Positions 18,730-28,707 of a stretch of 64,000 nt of DNA are shown here, in pieces; positions within the stretch are counted from its first letter, which is position 1, and every line of letters starts with the position of its first letter. The notes below the pieces were generated by a model. The model did no database searches and was not told the DNA's origin. It worked only from the letters and a program-made list of their open reading frames with translations. The stretch comes from an uncultured cyanobacterium (GTDB lineage: Bacteria > Cyanobacteriota > Cyanobacteriia > CAKZMO01). Where the stretch lies: positions 64,001 to 128,000 of the forward strand of contig CAVRCJ010000008.1 of the NCBI GenBank assembly GCA_963719515.1, written 5' to 3'. The position numbers and the translations under genes are program-made.

Positions 18730-19818
18730 ATGATGACACCACCACATCACGGGGGAAACTTAGCTTGGGCAGCTCAGCTAGCGGGCTGTTTTCCCCATGA
18801 TATTTTGGATTTCTCGGCCAGCATCAATCCTCTAGGTCCGCCCAGTTCAGCGATCGCGGCCATTCAAGACAACCTCCATCAGCTGCGGGTCTATCCTGAC
18901 CCGGCCTACGGCCAGCTGCGGCAGGTGCTCTGCAATCTTCATCAGCTCCCTCCAGAATGGGTTTGCCCCGGCAATGGCTCAGCCGAGCTGTTGACTTGGG
19001 CCTGCCGGGAGCTGGCTCAAACTCAGACCACCACCCTGATTACGCCTGCCTTTAGCGACTACTGGCGCGCCCTAGAGTCTTTCGGAGCTCACGTAACGCC
19101 CCAGCCCCTACCGCTTGGCGCAGCGCCAGAGATTCAGTGCCGACTTCCTATCGACCTGCCGGCGTCGGGCTGCGGGCTGCTGATCAATACGCCCCATAAC
19201 CCTACAGGCCTGCTGTTTGACTACTCAGACCTGTGCGACTGTTTAGATGCGTTCGAGCTGGTGGTTGTAGACGAAGCGTTCATCGACTTTCTCCCTCCCG
19301 CTCAACGGCTCAGTCTAGTTCCGCTAGTCCCTCAATATCCCAATCTTGTAGTGCTGCGATCGCTGACCAAGTTTTACAGCCTGCCGGGCCTGCGCATTGG
19401 CTATGCGGTGGCCCACCCGGACCGGCTGCAGCGCTGGCAGCGCTGGCGCGACCCTTGGTCCGTCAATGCACTGGCTGCGATCGCGGCAGAGGCCGCCGTT
19501 CAAGATAGGGCATTTCAAGCTCAGACCTGGAGCTGGCTGCTGCCCGCCCGGCAGCATCTGACCGCAGGCTTGAGGCAGCTCCCTGGACTTGTTCCCCGTA
19601 GCAGCGCCGCCAACTACCTGCTGGTGAACTGCGATAGCTCTGTAGTTGAGATTCAGCGCCAGCTGCTTCAGCGCCATCGCATCCTCATTCGAGACTGCAT
19701 AAGCTTTCCTGAACTGGGCGATCGCTATTTTCGCGTTGCGGTGCGCACCATCGCTGAGAATCAGCGACTGCTAGAGGCGCTCTCCGACGTGCTGACCCCC
19801 AAGGCGATCGTAGGATAG
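18730..19818 (+). CDS. cobD: threonine-phosphate decarboxylase (cobalamin pathway, PLP)
   Basis: HGGN, LDFSASINPLGPP, YPDP, GNGSAEL, NPTG, VDEAFIDF, RSLTKFYSLPGLRIGY, ILIRDC.SF. Confidence 0.88.
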   Translation: MMTPPHHGGNLAWAAQLAGCFPHDILDFSASINPLGPPSSAIAAIQDNLHQLRVYPDPAYGQLRQVLCNLHQLPPEWVCPGNGSAELLTWACRELAQTQTTTLITPAFSDYWRALESFGAHVTPQPLPLGAAPEIQCRLPIDLPASGCGLLINTPHNPTGLLFDYSDLCDCLDAFELVVVDEAFIDFLPPAQRLSLVPLVPQYPNLVVLRSLTKFYSLPGLRIGYAVAHPDRLQRWQRWRDPWSVNALAAIAAEAAVQDRAFQAQTWSWLLPARQHLTAGLRQLPGLVPRSSAANYLLVNCDSSVVEIQRQLLQRHRILIRDCISFPELGDRYFRVAVRTIAENQRLLEALSDVLTPKAIVG

Positions 19819-19850
19819 ATGAGCCCAGCCGCTACTTCCGGATTGTAAAG

Positions 19851-21260
19851 ATGGCCGTTGACTATAACCTTGTCATTTTGGGGGGCAGCTTAGTAGCCCG
19901 TCACGCCGCCATTCGTGCTGCAGGGTGGAGCGCTAGGGTTGCCCTGGTGGAGCCGCCCCACGGCGATACAGACTGGGAGAGAGAGCAGCTCCAGCTGGAG
20001 TATCTGCAGGCGAGCTACAAAAAAGCTAGTGACGACGTGTCTCAGAGAGAGCTCACAGACCGGGCCGCGCGGCTGGCCCAAGCCCGTGACTTTGCCGCTT
20101 GGCAGTTTGAGCAGTCCTCTCCGGCCGTGCTGGCAGCTCAGGGCATTGATGTCGTTGCAGAAGCAGGGCGATTCGTTCATCAGCCCACTCTGGGGGTGCA
20201 GGTCGGCACTCGAGTGCTGCGCGGACACCACTATCTCGTCGCCGTGGCGGCTGTGCCCCAGCCTCCTCCCAACACATACACCAGGGTTGCTGCTCTACAG
20301 CAGTGCCTACAGCCTCAGCTGCAATCTGTTGCCGTGTGGGGAGCAGAACCGCAGGGCCTTGTCTTAGCCCAGGTGCTGCAGCGGCTGGGGCTGTCGGTGA
20401 TCTTGGCTACCCCTGCAGCCCGACTGCTTCCCCAAGAAGATCAGGCTATTGCCGACCTGGTTCAGGCGCAGCTCGAAGCTGAAGGAGTCCGTGTGATGAC
20501 GACAGCAGCAATTAGGCCTCGGTCTCAGTATCGTTTACCGCAGACCAGCGCCCCAGAACCCATTCCTATCCCCCCAGGCGTAGATGTCCAGTCTGGGCCG
20601 CTGACTCTCAAGGCCGATGCTGCCATAGCCTGCGGAGGCTACCGGCCCAGCCTCTCTACCCTCAATCTTCCCGCCGCCGTTGGCTTAACGCCTGAGGGCA
20701 TTCGAGTAAACTCCCGTTTGCAAACCAAGCACCCCCGCATCTACGCCTGCGCCCTCAGCGCCGGCTGCTCTAGCGATGTTGCGATCGCCGAGGCTCAGGT
20801 GGCCGTTGATAACGCGCTGTCCTGGCCCTACCGCCGTGTTTCCTACGATAGGATTCCACAGACCATTCAAACCGACCCGCTGGTGGTGCGGGTCGGACTG
20901 ACAGCGGCGCAAGCGCGAAAAGTGAACCGAAATGCCGCGGTGCTGCAGCAGTCCCTCGCGCCCATGAGGCGATCGCAGCTGGGCGGGGCAACCGGAGGAC
21001 AATGCCAGGTGGTGGTCTCGGCGGGCGGCACAATTTTGGGAGCCTACGCCGTTGGTCCCGCCGCTCAAGAGTGGATAGGACTGCTGAGCTGGGCGATCGC
21101 ACGCCGCTTGCCGCTCCAGGCTTTAGAGGTCGTTTGGCCCAGCCCAGCCTATGGCGAAGCGATATCAAACCTGGTAGGCCAGTGGCGACGGCAGCGACGG
21201 CTATGGCGCGCGGATGGCGCTGAGCTGTTGCTCAACTGGCGGCGCGACTGGACGCGATAG
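19851..21260 (+). CDS. dihydrolipoamide dehydrogenase/mercuric reductase-like flavoprotein with degenerate catalytic motifs
   Basis: Fold remnants are present (YNLVILGG, RVALVE, RLLPQED, VNSRLQT..PRIYAC, VGLT..QA, ILGA..VGP.A.E), but the CxxxxC redox motif is absent. Confidence 0.78.
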   Translation: MAVDYNLVILGGSLVARHAAIRAAGWSARVALVEPPHGDTDWEREQLQLEYLQASYKKASDDVSQRELTDRAARLAQARDFAAWQFEQSSPAVLAAQGIDVVAEAGRFVHQPTLGVQVGTRVLRGHHYLVAVAAVPQPPPNTYTRVAALQQCLQPQLQSVAVWGAEPQGLVLAQVLQRLGLSVILATPAARLLPQEDQAIADLVQAQLEAEGVRVMTTAAIRPRSQYRLPQTSAPEPIPIPPGVDVQSGPLTLKADAAIACGGYRPSLSTLNLPAAVGLTPEGIRVNSRLQTKHPRIYACALSAGCSSDVAIAEAQVAVDNALSWPYRRVSYDRIPQTIQTDPLVVRVGLTAAQARKVNRNAAVLQQSLAPMRRSQLGGATGGQCQVVVSAGGTILGAYAVGPAAQEWIGLLSWAIARRLPLQALEVVWPSPAYGEAISNLVGQWRRQRRLWRADGAELLLNWRRDWTR

Positions 21261-21335
21261 GACGGACGCGATAGGGCGGGCGCGATAGATTGGGCGCACC
21301 AAAGTCACGGGGGAGCCGTGCGGGAGCATAGCCTT

Positions 21336-21418
21336 ACTGTATGCCTTCAAGACTGTATGCCCCCGAGACTGTATGCCCCCAAGACTGTATGCCCCCGAGA
21401 CTATACGTCCCTAAGACT
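21336..21418. repeat. 16-nt tandem repeat, 5 copies (ACTGTATGCCCCCRAG consensus)
   Basis: Units start at 21336, 21352, 21368, 21384 and 21400; the last overlaps the stop codon of the 21411-21623 gene. Confidence 0.9.
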
Positions 21419-21623
21419 CGTCGTAGGCTTCCATATCCAGCAGGTGTAGATAGGTTTCTACCATGTCAGGGCGCTGAAAGGCGATCGCCCGCAGCAGGTG
21501 CCAGTCCTGGAGGCCATCAAAGGGGCTGCTGTATTCGTCTTGCTCTAGTCGCGCGGCGAGCTGTGCAATATCAAGTTCAGTAATGTTGTCTATGTCGTGC
21601 TGCGAAATCGTTAACGTCGTCAT
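21411..21623 (-). CDS. small conserved cyanobacterial protein (DUF2555-like)
   Basis: LAARLEQDEYSSPFDGLQDWHLLRAIAFQRP...YLHLLDMEAYDE. Confidence 0.8.
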   Translation of the reverse strand: MTTLTISQHDIDNITELDIAQLAARLEQDEYSSPFDGLQDWHLLRAIAFQRPDMVETYLHLLDMEAYDES

Positions 21624-21725
21624 AGTGAGGATCTCCAGAGCGAATACAGCAGTTGCGAGCTGAGCGAACTCAGGTCTAGCGAGAGGGCACGGCAGTAGGG
21701 CCCCTGCTTTCTTATCCTATTCGGT

Positions 21726-22373
21726 CTAATCTACCATTGGCCTATTACGTTCGATAAAACTTTGCATAAGATTGAGAACTTTAAGGGAAATTTCGTGGCC
21801 CATGGGCAGCTCGTGGTAGTCCACCGGGGTGGAGAGGGCCGTGAGCTGCTCGTGGGCTTGGTGGGCCGCCTGCAGCGGAACGACCGCATCTTGAGCGCCA
21901 TGCACCAGCAGCGTTGGGGCCGGGCGCTCTTCCATCAGCGCTCGGTGAAGGTAGCCGCTCAGCACCATCAGCTGCGCTAGCGGCAGCTGCGTCCCCACGT
22001 CTAGGGTCATAGCGCCCCCCTGAGAAAATCCTCCCAAAACCGTACGCGATAGGGGCACATTGAGTTGCTCACAGAGCGCCAGAATCCAGGTCCGCAGCCG
22101 CTGACGGCTTTCCTGAAGGTCGGCCTGATCTAGGCCCAAAAGCTGGTTAAGGCCGGTATTGGGGAAGTCATACCACATGAACCCCCCCGGTGACTCATGG
22201 CGAAACGGCGCGTTGGGAAACGCCATTGCGTATCCGGGCAACCGCAGCTCGTCTGCCAGCGCCGCAACGTCCTGGGCATTCGCGCCCCAGCCATGGAGGA
22301 TTATGAGCAGATTTTCGGGCTGGGACTGGGCGTTGCGGACGATGCCGGTGAGGGCGTCAGTGCTGTTGACCAT
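21726..22373 (-). CDS. phospholipase/carboxylesterase family alpha/beta hydrolase
   Basis: LHGWGANAQD, GGFSQGGAM, HGAQDAVVP, MGHEI. ATG 22373 preferred. Confidence 0.9.
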   Translation of the reverse strand: MVNSTDALTGIVRNAQSQPENLLIILHGWGANAQDVAALADELRLPGYAMAFPNAPFRHESPGGFMWYDFPNTGLNQLLGLDQADLQESRQRLRTWILALCEQLNVPLSRTVLGGFSQGGAMTLDVGTQLPLAQLMVLSGYLHRALMEERPAPTLLVHGAQDAVVPLQAAHQAHEQLTALSTPVDYHELPMGHEISLKVLNLMQSFIERNRPMVD

Positions 22374-22479
22374 AGCCAATAATGAGGGGCAAATAACTAA
22401 GACGAACAGGTATAACGCCGTTCTCGTTGATAATAGGGTGCAGGTAAGGGCAAAGTCCATCAAATTTCAGGGAGAAGAC

Positions 22480-24030
22480 ATGGCACCATTGGCACTGCTG
22501 AGCGTATCGGACAAGACAGGGCTAGTGGAGCTGGCCCGCGCTCTAGTAGATGAGTTTGGCTTTGGGCTGGTGAGCAGCGGCGGCACGGCTAAAGCGCTGC
22601 AGCAGGCCAACATCGCGGTGACGAAGGTCTCTGACTACACGGGATCCCCGGAAATTTTGGGGGGCCGGGTCAAAACGCTGCACCCTCGAATTCACGGCGG
22701 CATCTTAGCTCGTCAGGACAATGACCAAGACCTAGCTGAGCTAGAGGCCAACCAGATTCGCCCGTTTGAGCTAGTGGTGGTCAACCTCTACCCCTTCGAG
22801 CAGACGATCGCCACCGCCGACGTTACCCTGCCTGAAGCCATCGAGCAAATCGACATCGGGGGCCCCACCCTCATTCGCGCCGCCGCCAAGAACTTTGCCC
22901 ATGTGACGGTGCTCTGTCAGCCGGAGCAGTACAGGACCTACCTAGACGAGCGCCGCAGTCACGGTACCCTGTCACCAGAGTTTCGCCGTCGCTGCGCCCA
23001 GCAGGCGTTTTGGCAAACGGCCTGCTACGACCAGGCGATCGCCACCTATCTCACCCAGGCTGATGCGCAGACAGCCGATCAGGCTACCCTGCCCCAGCGC
23101 TTCGCCCTCACTGGCCAGCAGCGCCAGAGCCTGCGATACGGCGAAAACCCCCACCAATCTGCCGCCTGGTACCAGACCGGAACGGTGGCCTCGGGCTGGG
23201 CCGCCGCCGATAAGCTCCAGGGCAAAGACCTGAGCTACAACAACCTAGTGGATTTGGAAGCAGCCCGGCGGATTATTGCCGAGTTTTCTGCCGAGCAGCC
23301 CGCCGCCGCCGTACTCAAACACACTAATCCCTGCGGCGTAGCCGTTGCGGACACCCTTGTAGAGGCCTACAGGCGGGCCTTTGACGCCGACAGCACCTCC
23401 GCCTTCGGCGGCATCGTCGCCCTTAACCAGCCCATCGATGCGGAGACGGCCAAGGCGCTCACCCAGACCTTTCTAGAGTGTGTCGTGGCTCCGAGCTGCG
23501 ACCCTGAGGCGGAAGCTATTCTTGCAAAGAAATCGAAGCTCAGGGTGCTGACCCTGAGCGATATCGCCGGGCCAAGCCAGCTGGTGCGGCCCATCGCCGG
23601 GGGCTTTTTGATGCAGCAAAGTGACGACCGGCCCATCGTTCCCAGCGACTGGACGGTGGCCACCGACGCTCAGCCTACCGACGCCCAGCTGGCCGAGCTG
23701 GCCTTCGCCTGGCGGGTGGTCAAGCATGTGAAATCGAACGCCATCGTCGTCAGCCGCGATCGCGTCACGCGCGGCATCGGAGCAGGGCAGATGAACCGAG
23801 TGGGGGCGGTGGCGATCGCTCTGGCGCAGGCTGAAGAATCTGTGTCGGGGGCGGTGTTGGCCAGCGACGGTTTTTTCCCCTTCGACGATTCGGTGCGCAG
23901 CGCGGCAGCCGCTGGCGTGGGCGCTATCATTCAGCCGGGGGGAAGTATACGAGATCAAGACTCTATTGATGCGGCCAATGAGCTAGGCATCATTATGGTG
24001 CTCACGGGAATGCGTCACTTTCTCCACTAG
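22480..24030 (+). CDS. purH: bifunctional AICAR formyltransferase/IMP cyclohydrolase
   Basis: ALLSVSDKTG, GGRVKTLHP, IDIGGP, LRYGENPHQ, LSYNN, KHVKSNAIV, ASDGFFPF, QPGGSIRD, RHFLH; GGAG RBS before ATG 22480. Confidence 0.97.
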   Translation: MAPLALLSVSDKTGLVELARALVDEFGFGLVSSGGTAKALQQANIAVTKVSDYTGSPEILGGRVKTLHPRIHGGILARQDNDQDLAELEANQIRPFELVVVNLYPFEQTIATADVTLPEAIEQIDIGGPTLIRAAAKNFAHVTVLCQPEQYRTYLDERRSHGTLSPEFRRRCAQQAFWQTACYDQAIATYLTQADAQTADQATLPQRFALTGQQRQSLRYGENPHQSAAWYQTGTVASGWAAADKLQGKDLSYNNLVDLEAARRIIAEFSAEQPAAAVLKHTNPCGVAVADTLVEAYRRAFDADSTSAFGGIVALNQPIDAETAKALTQTFLECVVAPSCDPEAEAILAKKSKLRVLTLSDIAGPSQLVRPIAGGFLMQQSDDRPIVPSDWTVATDAQPTDAQLAELAFAWRVVKHVKSNAIVVSRDRVTRGIGAGQMNRVGAVAIALAQAEESVSGAVLASDGFFPFDDSVRSAAAAGVGAIIQPGGSIRDQDSIDAANELGIIMVLTGMRHFLH

Positions 24031-24082
24031 AAAATGTAAAGAAGATTAAAATCGATAGCAGTGCTGCTTTTCTACAAACTTT

Positions 24083-24559
24083 ATGGACTTCATTCCCGAC
24101 GCGATTAAACCTTGGCTGAACTTCATCCACCCTGTTTTGATGTGGGTGCTGCTCATTGTGTCACTTTATGCCCTCTACCTGGGTTGGCAGGTCCGTCAAA
24201 TTCGTTCGGCCGACCCCGAAACCCGCAAAGAGCTTGTCAAGAAAAAGGTCAACGTCAAGCATTTTCAGATTGGCTCTGCCCTGCTGGCGCTCATGGTGAT
24301 TGGCTCCATCAGCGCGATGGCGGTCACCTATATCAACAACGGCAAGCTGTTTTTTGGGCCTCATCTGCTGGTCGGTTTGGGGATGACGGGCCTAATCGCC
24401 ACCTCGGCTTCCCTCTCCCCCTTTATGCAAAGGGGTCAAGACTGGGCTCGCTATACCCACATTGCGCTCAACGTCACCCTGGTGGCCCTATTCGGCTGGC
24501 AGGCGGTGACTGGAATGCAGATTGTGCAGAAAATTCTAGAGCAAATGCTGAACGCTTGA
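24083..24559 (+). CDS. DUF4079-like membrane protein
   Basis: Four hydrophobic segments with conserved His (FIHP, KHFQIG, GPHL, YTHI). Confidence 0.8.
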   Translation: MDFIPDAIKPWLNFIHPVLMWVLLIVSLYALYLGWQVRQIRSADPETRKELVKKKVNVKHFQIGSALLALMVIGSISAMAVTYINNGKLFFGPHLLVGLGMTGLIATSASLSPFMQRGQDWARYTHIALNVTLVALFGWQAVTGMQIVQKILEQMLNA

Positions 24560-24612
24560 GGGCAATAGTTGACCCATGGCCTGGCGGCCCGAAGAGGGGC
24601 TACTGCCCTTCG
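24558..24612. terminator. possible bidirectional hairpin between convergent genes
   Basis: GAGGGCAATAG pairs imperfectly with CTACTGCCCTT between DUF4079 and the NfeD-like gene. Confidence 0.35.
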
Positions 24613-24629
24613 ACGACCGCCAAGCTCCC

Positions 24630-24875
24630 CTAGACATTGACGATCGGTTGACTAGCGCCGGTCACAAGTAAGGTTGTTGCATTGAGGCGACCCGTAATTT
24701 GGACTAGGTCTCCAGGCTTAACCCTCAGCGGCTGCTCAGAAAAAGCAAACCATTCGGTGGCCTGAAAGCGGACCCGCATGCGTCTGTCGGCAGCGGATAC
24801 GCTGGTCACCGTGCCAGACTGCGGCGGTTTGGCTTTTGCTGCGGGTGTCACGGTCTGTCTGAAGAATCTCAGCAT
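24630..24875 (-). CDS. small NfeD C-terminal (OB-fold)-like protein
   Basis: GTV...RVRFQATEWFA...KPGDLVQITGR..TTLLV; GGAGG RBS on the minus strand. Confidence 0.65.
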   Translation of the reverse strand: MLRFFRQTVTPAAKAKPPQSGTVTSVSAADRRMRVRFQATEWFAFSEQPLRVKPGDLVQITGRLNATTLLVTGASQPIVNV

Positions 24876-25033
24876 AGATGCCTCCTTTGCTTGCGCTCGG
24901 CGGTTTCGTTATGTGAGTATTCTTCACAGTAGGCCGTGAAAGTACGGACAAGTTTTTTAACTCTACAGAAAAATGTAGCTGGCTTGCCCTAGTCTGGCTT
25001 GATTTAATCTAGTTTGATCTAATTTGGTTTGAT

Positions 25034-28000
25034 CTAATTTGGCGGAGCCGACGCCGATACGGCAGTCTCTGCGTCAGACTCATCGTCAGGCGCGCTGAGA
25101 TCGAGCAAGAACTGCAGCGCCTTGGCGATATATTCAGCGCAAACTTTGGGAGACGACTCGTAAAACTGCTGCCACGCTTGGTCAACGTAGTGGTCATAAT
25201 GGGCTTCGCTCAAATCGTGGTCGACGATATGGTCTATCCACGACAGACGAACCGCATGGCCAATAAGCACGTCTAGAACGATATTGCTTTCGATTTCAAG
25301 GTCTGCGTTGCGCTGAGCGATCGCCGCCAGCTCTACTAACGCTTCCACCACAAGCTGTCGGTACTCAGGGGCCTGCAGCTTGTTGAGCAGGTGCTCCACC
25401 CGCAGGGCAAAGTTCTGCTCCTCGGGGGTCATCTCTGAGAGCACCAGCTCGCTGTCCAAGCGATTGCGGCGCTCTAGCTTGTCGCCGATGACGAGCCCTT
25501 TGCAGTGCTTCAACACCTCGCGCACATCGCCGTAGAAATTCTCCGGCATGCGGTTGAGTGACCCTTCCCGCTGCCGATGCCGCCACCAGCTGCCGCCAAA
25601 GGGCTCGCTGTCCCCCACCTCAAACATCATCTTCTCCGGCAGCACCCACTGAATCGCTTGCCGGCGCTTAACCTGTAGAGACTCATGGCGCGCCAGCTTT
25701 TGGCCCAGGGCGCTATAGCCTTCAAGCACGTGCTGCAGCCGCTGCTTCACCTCAAACGGACTCATCTGCGTCAGCAGCTCAAAGGCCTCATCTTGAGACA
25801 CCCCCTGCTCTTGAGCAATCTCGTCGGTGAGCAGCAGCATCAAGTAGCCCGTCCGTAGGGTTAGCAGGCCGTCAAACAGATCGGGGTTTGTTTTGATTAA
25901 GATGCTCAAGTAGATCAAAATCTCTTGGGTTAGCGGGCGCTCCCGCAGATCTTCGCCGCTGCAGGCCTCGATTTTCTCCATGATTTCGCCGTGGGACATG
26001 GGCTCTTGAATCAGACAGTCCTCGCTGTAGATCTTGCCGATGGCGATTTGCTTTTGTCTCACTAAAATGTCGGTAACGGCGTCGGATAGCCCAATGTCGA
26101 TTTTGACCAGCAGCCCAGCGGCGTGACGAATAATCGACCACAGCTCTAACTCGCTGGCCTTGGCGTAGACCTCCGTCAGCAGCTCGGTCACCGTGATGAC
26201 TTCGTCCTCTTCCCCAAATCCTGTATCAAATCCGAGCCCCTCCAGCCGCACCAGCAGGTCCAGCAGCTCGATCTGCTCGTACAGGTTCTGGGACTCTCGC
26301 AGCGCCTGCAGGAGCTTACCGCGATCGCGCTCCTCTTCAATTAAGAACTCCTGGCTGTAGCTCAGTGGAGCGCTCAGCTCAGAGGAAAACTGCAGCAGCC
26401 GAGACAAGGCAACGCTGTCCTGCACCGATGCCCGAGACAATACAAAGTCGGGCAGGTGGTCGATGCGCTCGACGTTGGCGGTCAGGCTGAACTGATTGAG
26501 ATGCCCTAGCGTCACAGGCGTGCCGTCACAGTCTCCGTCCCTGAGCTGCTTGATAAGCGCCAGCAGAGGCGATCGCTCAATGCTGTCAAACCGATTGAGC
26601 TCAAACATCGAGTTGGTGAGCAGCAGCGTCACTGTGGGTCGCCCCAGCTCGTGCCAATGGCAGTGAATGTAGGCCAGCTCGCCGCGAATCTGAGCCACCA
26701 AAAAGTGGTAATCCCGCGTCAGATAGAACTCCCGCTGGTCGAGAAACGCCGGCAAAAAGACTACGGTATCCCCCTGAATGCGAAACAGATGGGCCGTCGT
26801 TAAGCTCCGCAGCCGCCGAATAGGTCTCCCAGAGAGGCCAAGCTTTTCGTTGCGCCCAATTTGAGAATAGATGGCCGACAGTTCGCTCACTTGCCGCACC
26901 TGAATCGGGTCTAGCTCGGCGAGGGTTTGGGTGTCGATGCCGTTAGCGGCCAGCTCGCTCTGCAGGGCCTTATCTTCTGCTAGTAGAGCCACCTGAACTA
27001 GCGGCTGCCGGTTTTGCCCCCGCCGCCGATAGCGCCCCAGCGGGTCGATATCTCCCATGGAGATCAGGCCGTCCTGCAGCATCCGGCCCAGCAGATAAAG
27101 GCTCTGTGCCCACACCAGGGGCAGATTTTCGTTGGGCAGACGCTTTTGGCTGCTGGGCTGCTCGCGCTCCGCCTCGATGGCCTCTTCGGGCACGTAGTAC
27201 AGCTCTGGCAGCACCCGAAATCCATCTTGCTCGACAGTGATCTCGTCGAGCCGCTGCCGGTAGCGCTTAGCCGTAGGGCGATCGCCTCGGGCAATGGCGT
27301 CTAGCAGCAAATAGGTAAAAAACAGGGGCCACTCGCACTCGATATGCTCAAACTGCTTGAGTTCCGCCGGCTCGTAGTGCAGGCGCGTCACGTCCTCAAT
27401 CGCGGCCTGGTGGCCGTCCCGCAAAAAGCGCTTGCAGCCGTAGTAGCCCTCTAGCTTGCCCGTGATGGTATCGCGGGTCTTGTCCACTAGCTCAACGTTT
27501 TCAATAGCAAAAGCCGGATAGCCGATGATGCTCAACACCGAAGCGTCGACCTCCTTGGATCCCGATTCTCTGGGCAGCAGCGACTCTAGGGTGATGCGGG
27601 CGCGGGCAATCTCATCGGGCAGCACGTAGACCACTGAAGCCGCCCCGCCCTGGATTCCAAATAGGTTAAACCCATTTAAAGCTTCCAGCGCGGCTTTGGC
27701 CATGCCCACGGAGCTAGCGTTTAGCTCGGGTTTGCCGTGGTTGATTTTGTTGCCCCGCTCCCAAATACCGTAATCCGGCGTCCGATAGGCGCGCCCGATG
27801 TAGTACAGCAGGTTTTGGACAAAGTTAACCTCGTCTAGGGTTTGAATGATGCTCAGCCCCGAGGCAATCATTTGGGCCAGCATCAGCAGATAAATTGAGG
27901 TGGCGTCAATCTGCAGGTGGCCCCACTCATCGTCACCCACCACAGGATTAGCCGATAGGGGGTGGTATTTGGCGTGGAGCGAATCGATGGGGGCTTGGGT

Positions 28001-28348
28001 GACCTTGAACTGCTCGACCTTGTCGGCCTGCTTCATCATGGCGTACAGCAGGCCGCGCATCAGCTTGATGGTGCTGTGCTCTAGCTCGTATCTCCGCCCT
28101 TGGTCGTTGTCGAGCTTGCGGTAGGCTAGCGCCAGCCCCCACACCGCCAGAATGCTATAGACGTTATCGCGGACCCAGGCATCGGTGTAGTCACCGTGGA
28201 CCGTAACGGCGGTGCTGGCCGGAAGCAGCCCCACTAGAGGCGTCTGCTTCGCTAGTATGATCGCCTGAACCTCAGCGTAGTAGGCCTCTAGACGGTCTTG
28301 AGACGGAAATACTGTCGGCCAGAACTCAGATCGACGTGCGTCAGCCAT
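25034..28348 (-). CDS. GH15-like / phosphorylase kinase alpha/beta subunit-like protein
   Basis: GLLPAST, DAWVRDNVYSI, KLMRGLL, LHAKY, WGHLQIDA, DYGIWERG.K.NHG.PELNASS.GMAKAALEA, LLPRESGSKEVDA, YGCKRFLRDGH, IECEWPLF. Confidence 0.9.
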   Translation of the reverse strand: MADARRSEFWPTVFPSQDRLEAYYAEVQAIILAKQTPLVGLLPASTAVTVHGDYTDAWVRDNVYSILAVWGLALAYRKLDNDQGRRYELEHSTIKLMRGLLYAMMKQADKVEQFKVTQAPIDSLHAKYHPLSANPVVGDDEWGHLQIDATSIYLLMLAQMIASGLSIIQTLDEVNFVQNLLYYIGRAYRTPDYGIWERGNKINHGKPELNASSVGMAKAALEALNGFNLFGIQGGAASVVYVLPDEIARARITLESLLPRESGSKEVDASVLSIIGYPAFAIENVELVDKTRDTITGKLEGYYGCKRFLRDGHQAAIEDVTRLHYEPAELKQFEHIECEWPLFFTYLLLDAIARGDRPTAKRYRQRLDEITVEQDGFRVLPELYYVPEEAIEAEREQPSSQKRLPNENLPLVWAQSLYLLGRMLQDGLISMGDIDPLGRYRRRGQNRQPLVQVALLAEDKALQSELAANGIDTQTLAELDPIQVRQVSELSAIYSQIGRNEKLGLSGRPIRRLRSLTTAHLFRIQGDTVVFLPAFLDQREFYLTRDYHFLVAQIRGELAYIHCHWHELGRPTVTLLLTNSMFELNRFDSIERSPLLALIKQLRDGDCDGTPVTLGHLNQFSLTANVERIDHLPDFVLSRASVQDSVALSRLLQFSSELSAPLSYSQEFLIEEERDRGKLLQALRESQNLYEQIELLDLLVRLEGLGFDTGFGEEDEVITVTELLTEVYAKASELELWSIIRHAAGLLVKIDIGLSDAVTDILVRQKQIAIGKIYSEDCLIQEPMSHGEIMEKIEACSGEDLRERPLTQEILIYLSILIKTNPDLFDGLLTLRTGYLMLLLTDEIAQEQGVSQDEAFELLTQMSPFEVKQRLQHVLEGYSALGQKLARHESLQVKRRQAIQWVLPEKMMFEVGDSEPFGGSWWRHRQREGSLNRMPENFYGDVREVLKHCKGLVIGDKLERRNRLDSELVLSEMTPEEQNFALRVEHLLNKLQAPEYRQLVVEALVELAAIAQRNADLEIESNIVLDVLIGHAVRLSWIDHIVDHDLSEAHYDHYVDQAWQQFYESSPKVCAEYIAKALQFLLDLSAPDDESDAETAVSASAPPN

Positions 28349-28707
28349 AGTGGTTGCCTAATGATACTTACACCAATGCAGTGGGTCCCTGCCTCGCCAA
28401 TATGCCCAGATGGGGTCACCAAATTTTGGCCACCCTCGAACCGAACCCTCGAACCGACGGTGCAATCTAACCCGACGAAGCGCGATCGCCTCGGGGATGT
28501 ACACCGCTAGCGGACGTTTGGCAAACCAAGTGTAACCTAAAGTTATATTTGTGCAGATATTCTCTCGCAAAGAGCCGCCTGCAGAATGCTGAGGGGACGG
28601 GCACTGACGAGGTTCACGAGATTCACTGTTGCTGATGGTGTTTCGGGGGCTGAGCCCGTGTAATATGAGCGGTGAACACCGGCACCGCTGGGGCACTCTC
28701 AAATTCG

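Noticed and set aside
21336..21418. 16-nt repeats as a mini-CRISPR or iterons
   Set aside because: Head-to-tail with no spacers, derived from the adjacent gene end, and no cas or rep gene nearby.
22159..22479. Long N-terminal extension of PurH overlapping the esterase gene
   Set aside because: PurH homology begins at ATG 22480 behind a GGAG RBS; the extension comes from longest-ORF calling.
28630..28700. GGGGGCTGAG-containing hairpin as a TPP riboswitch
   Set aside because: Lacks the downstream CCTGAT...TAAT...GCG.AGG elements, and the next gene is a glycosyltransferase.
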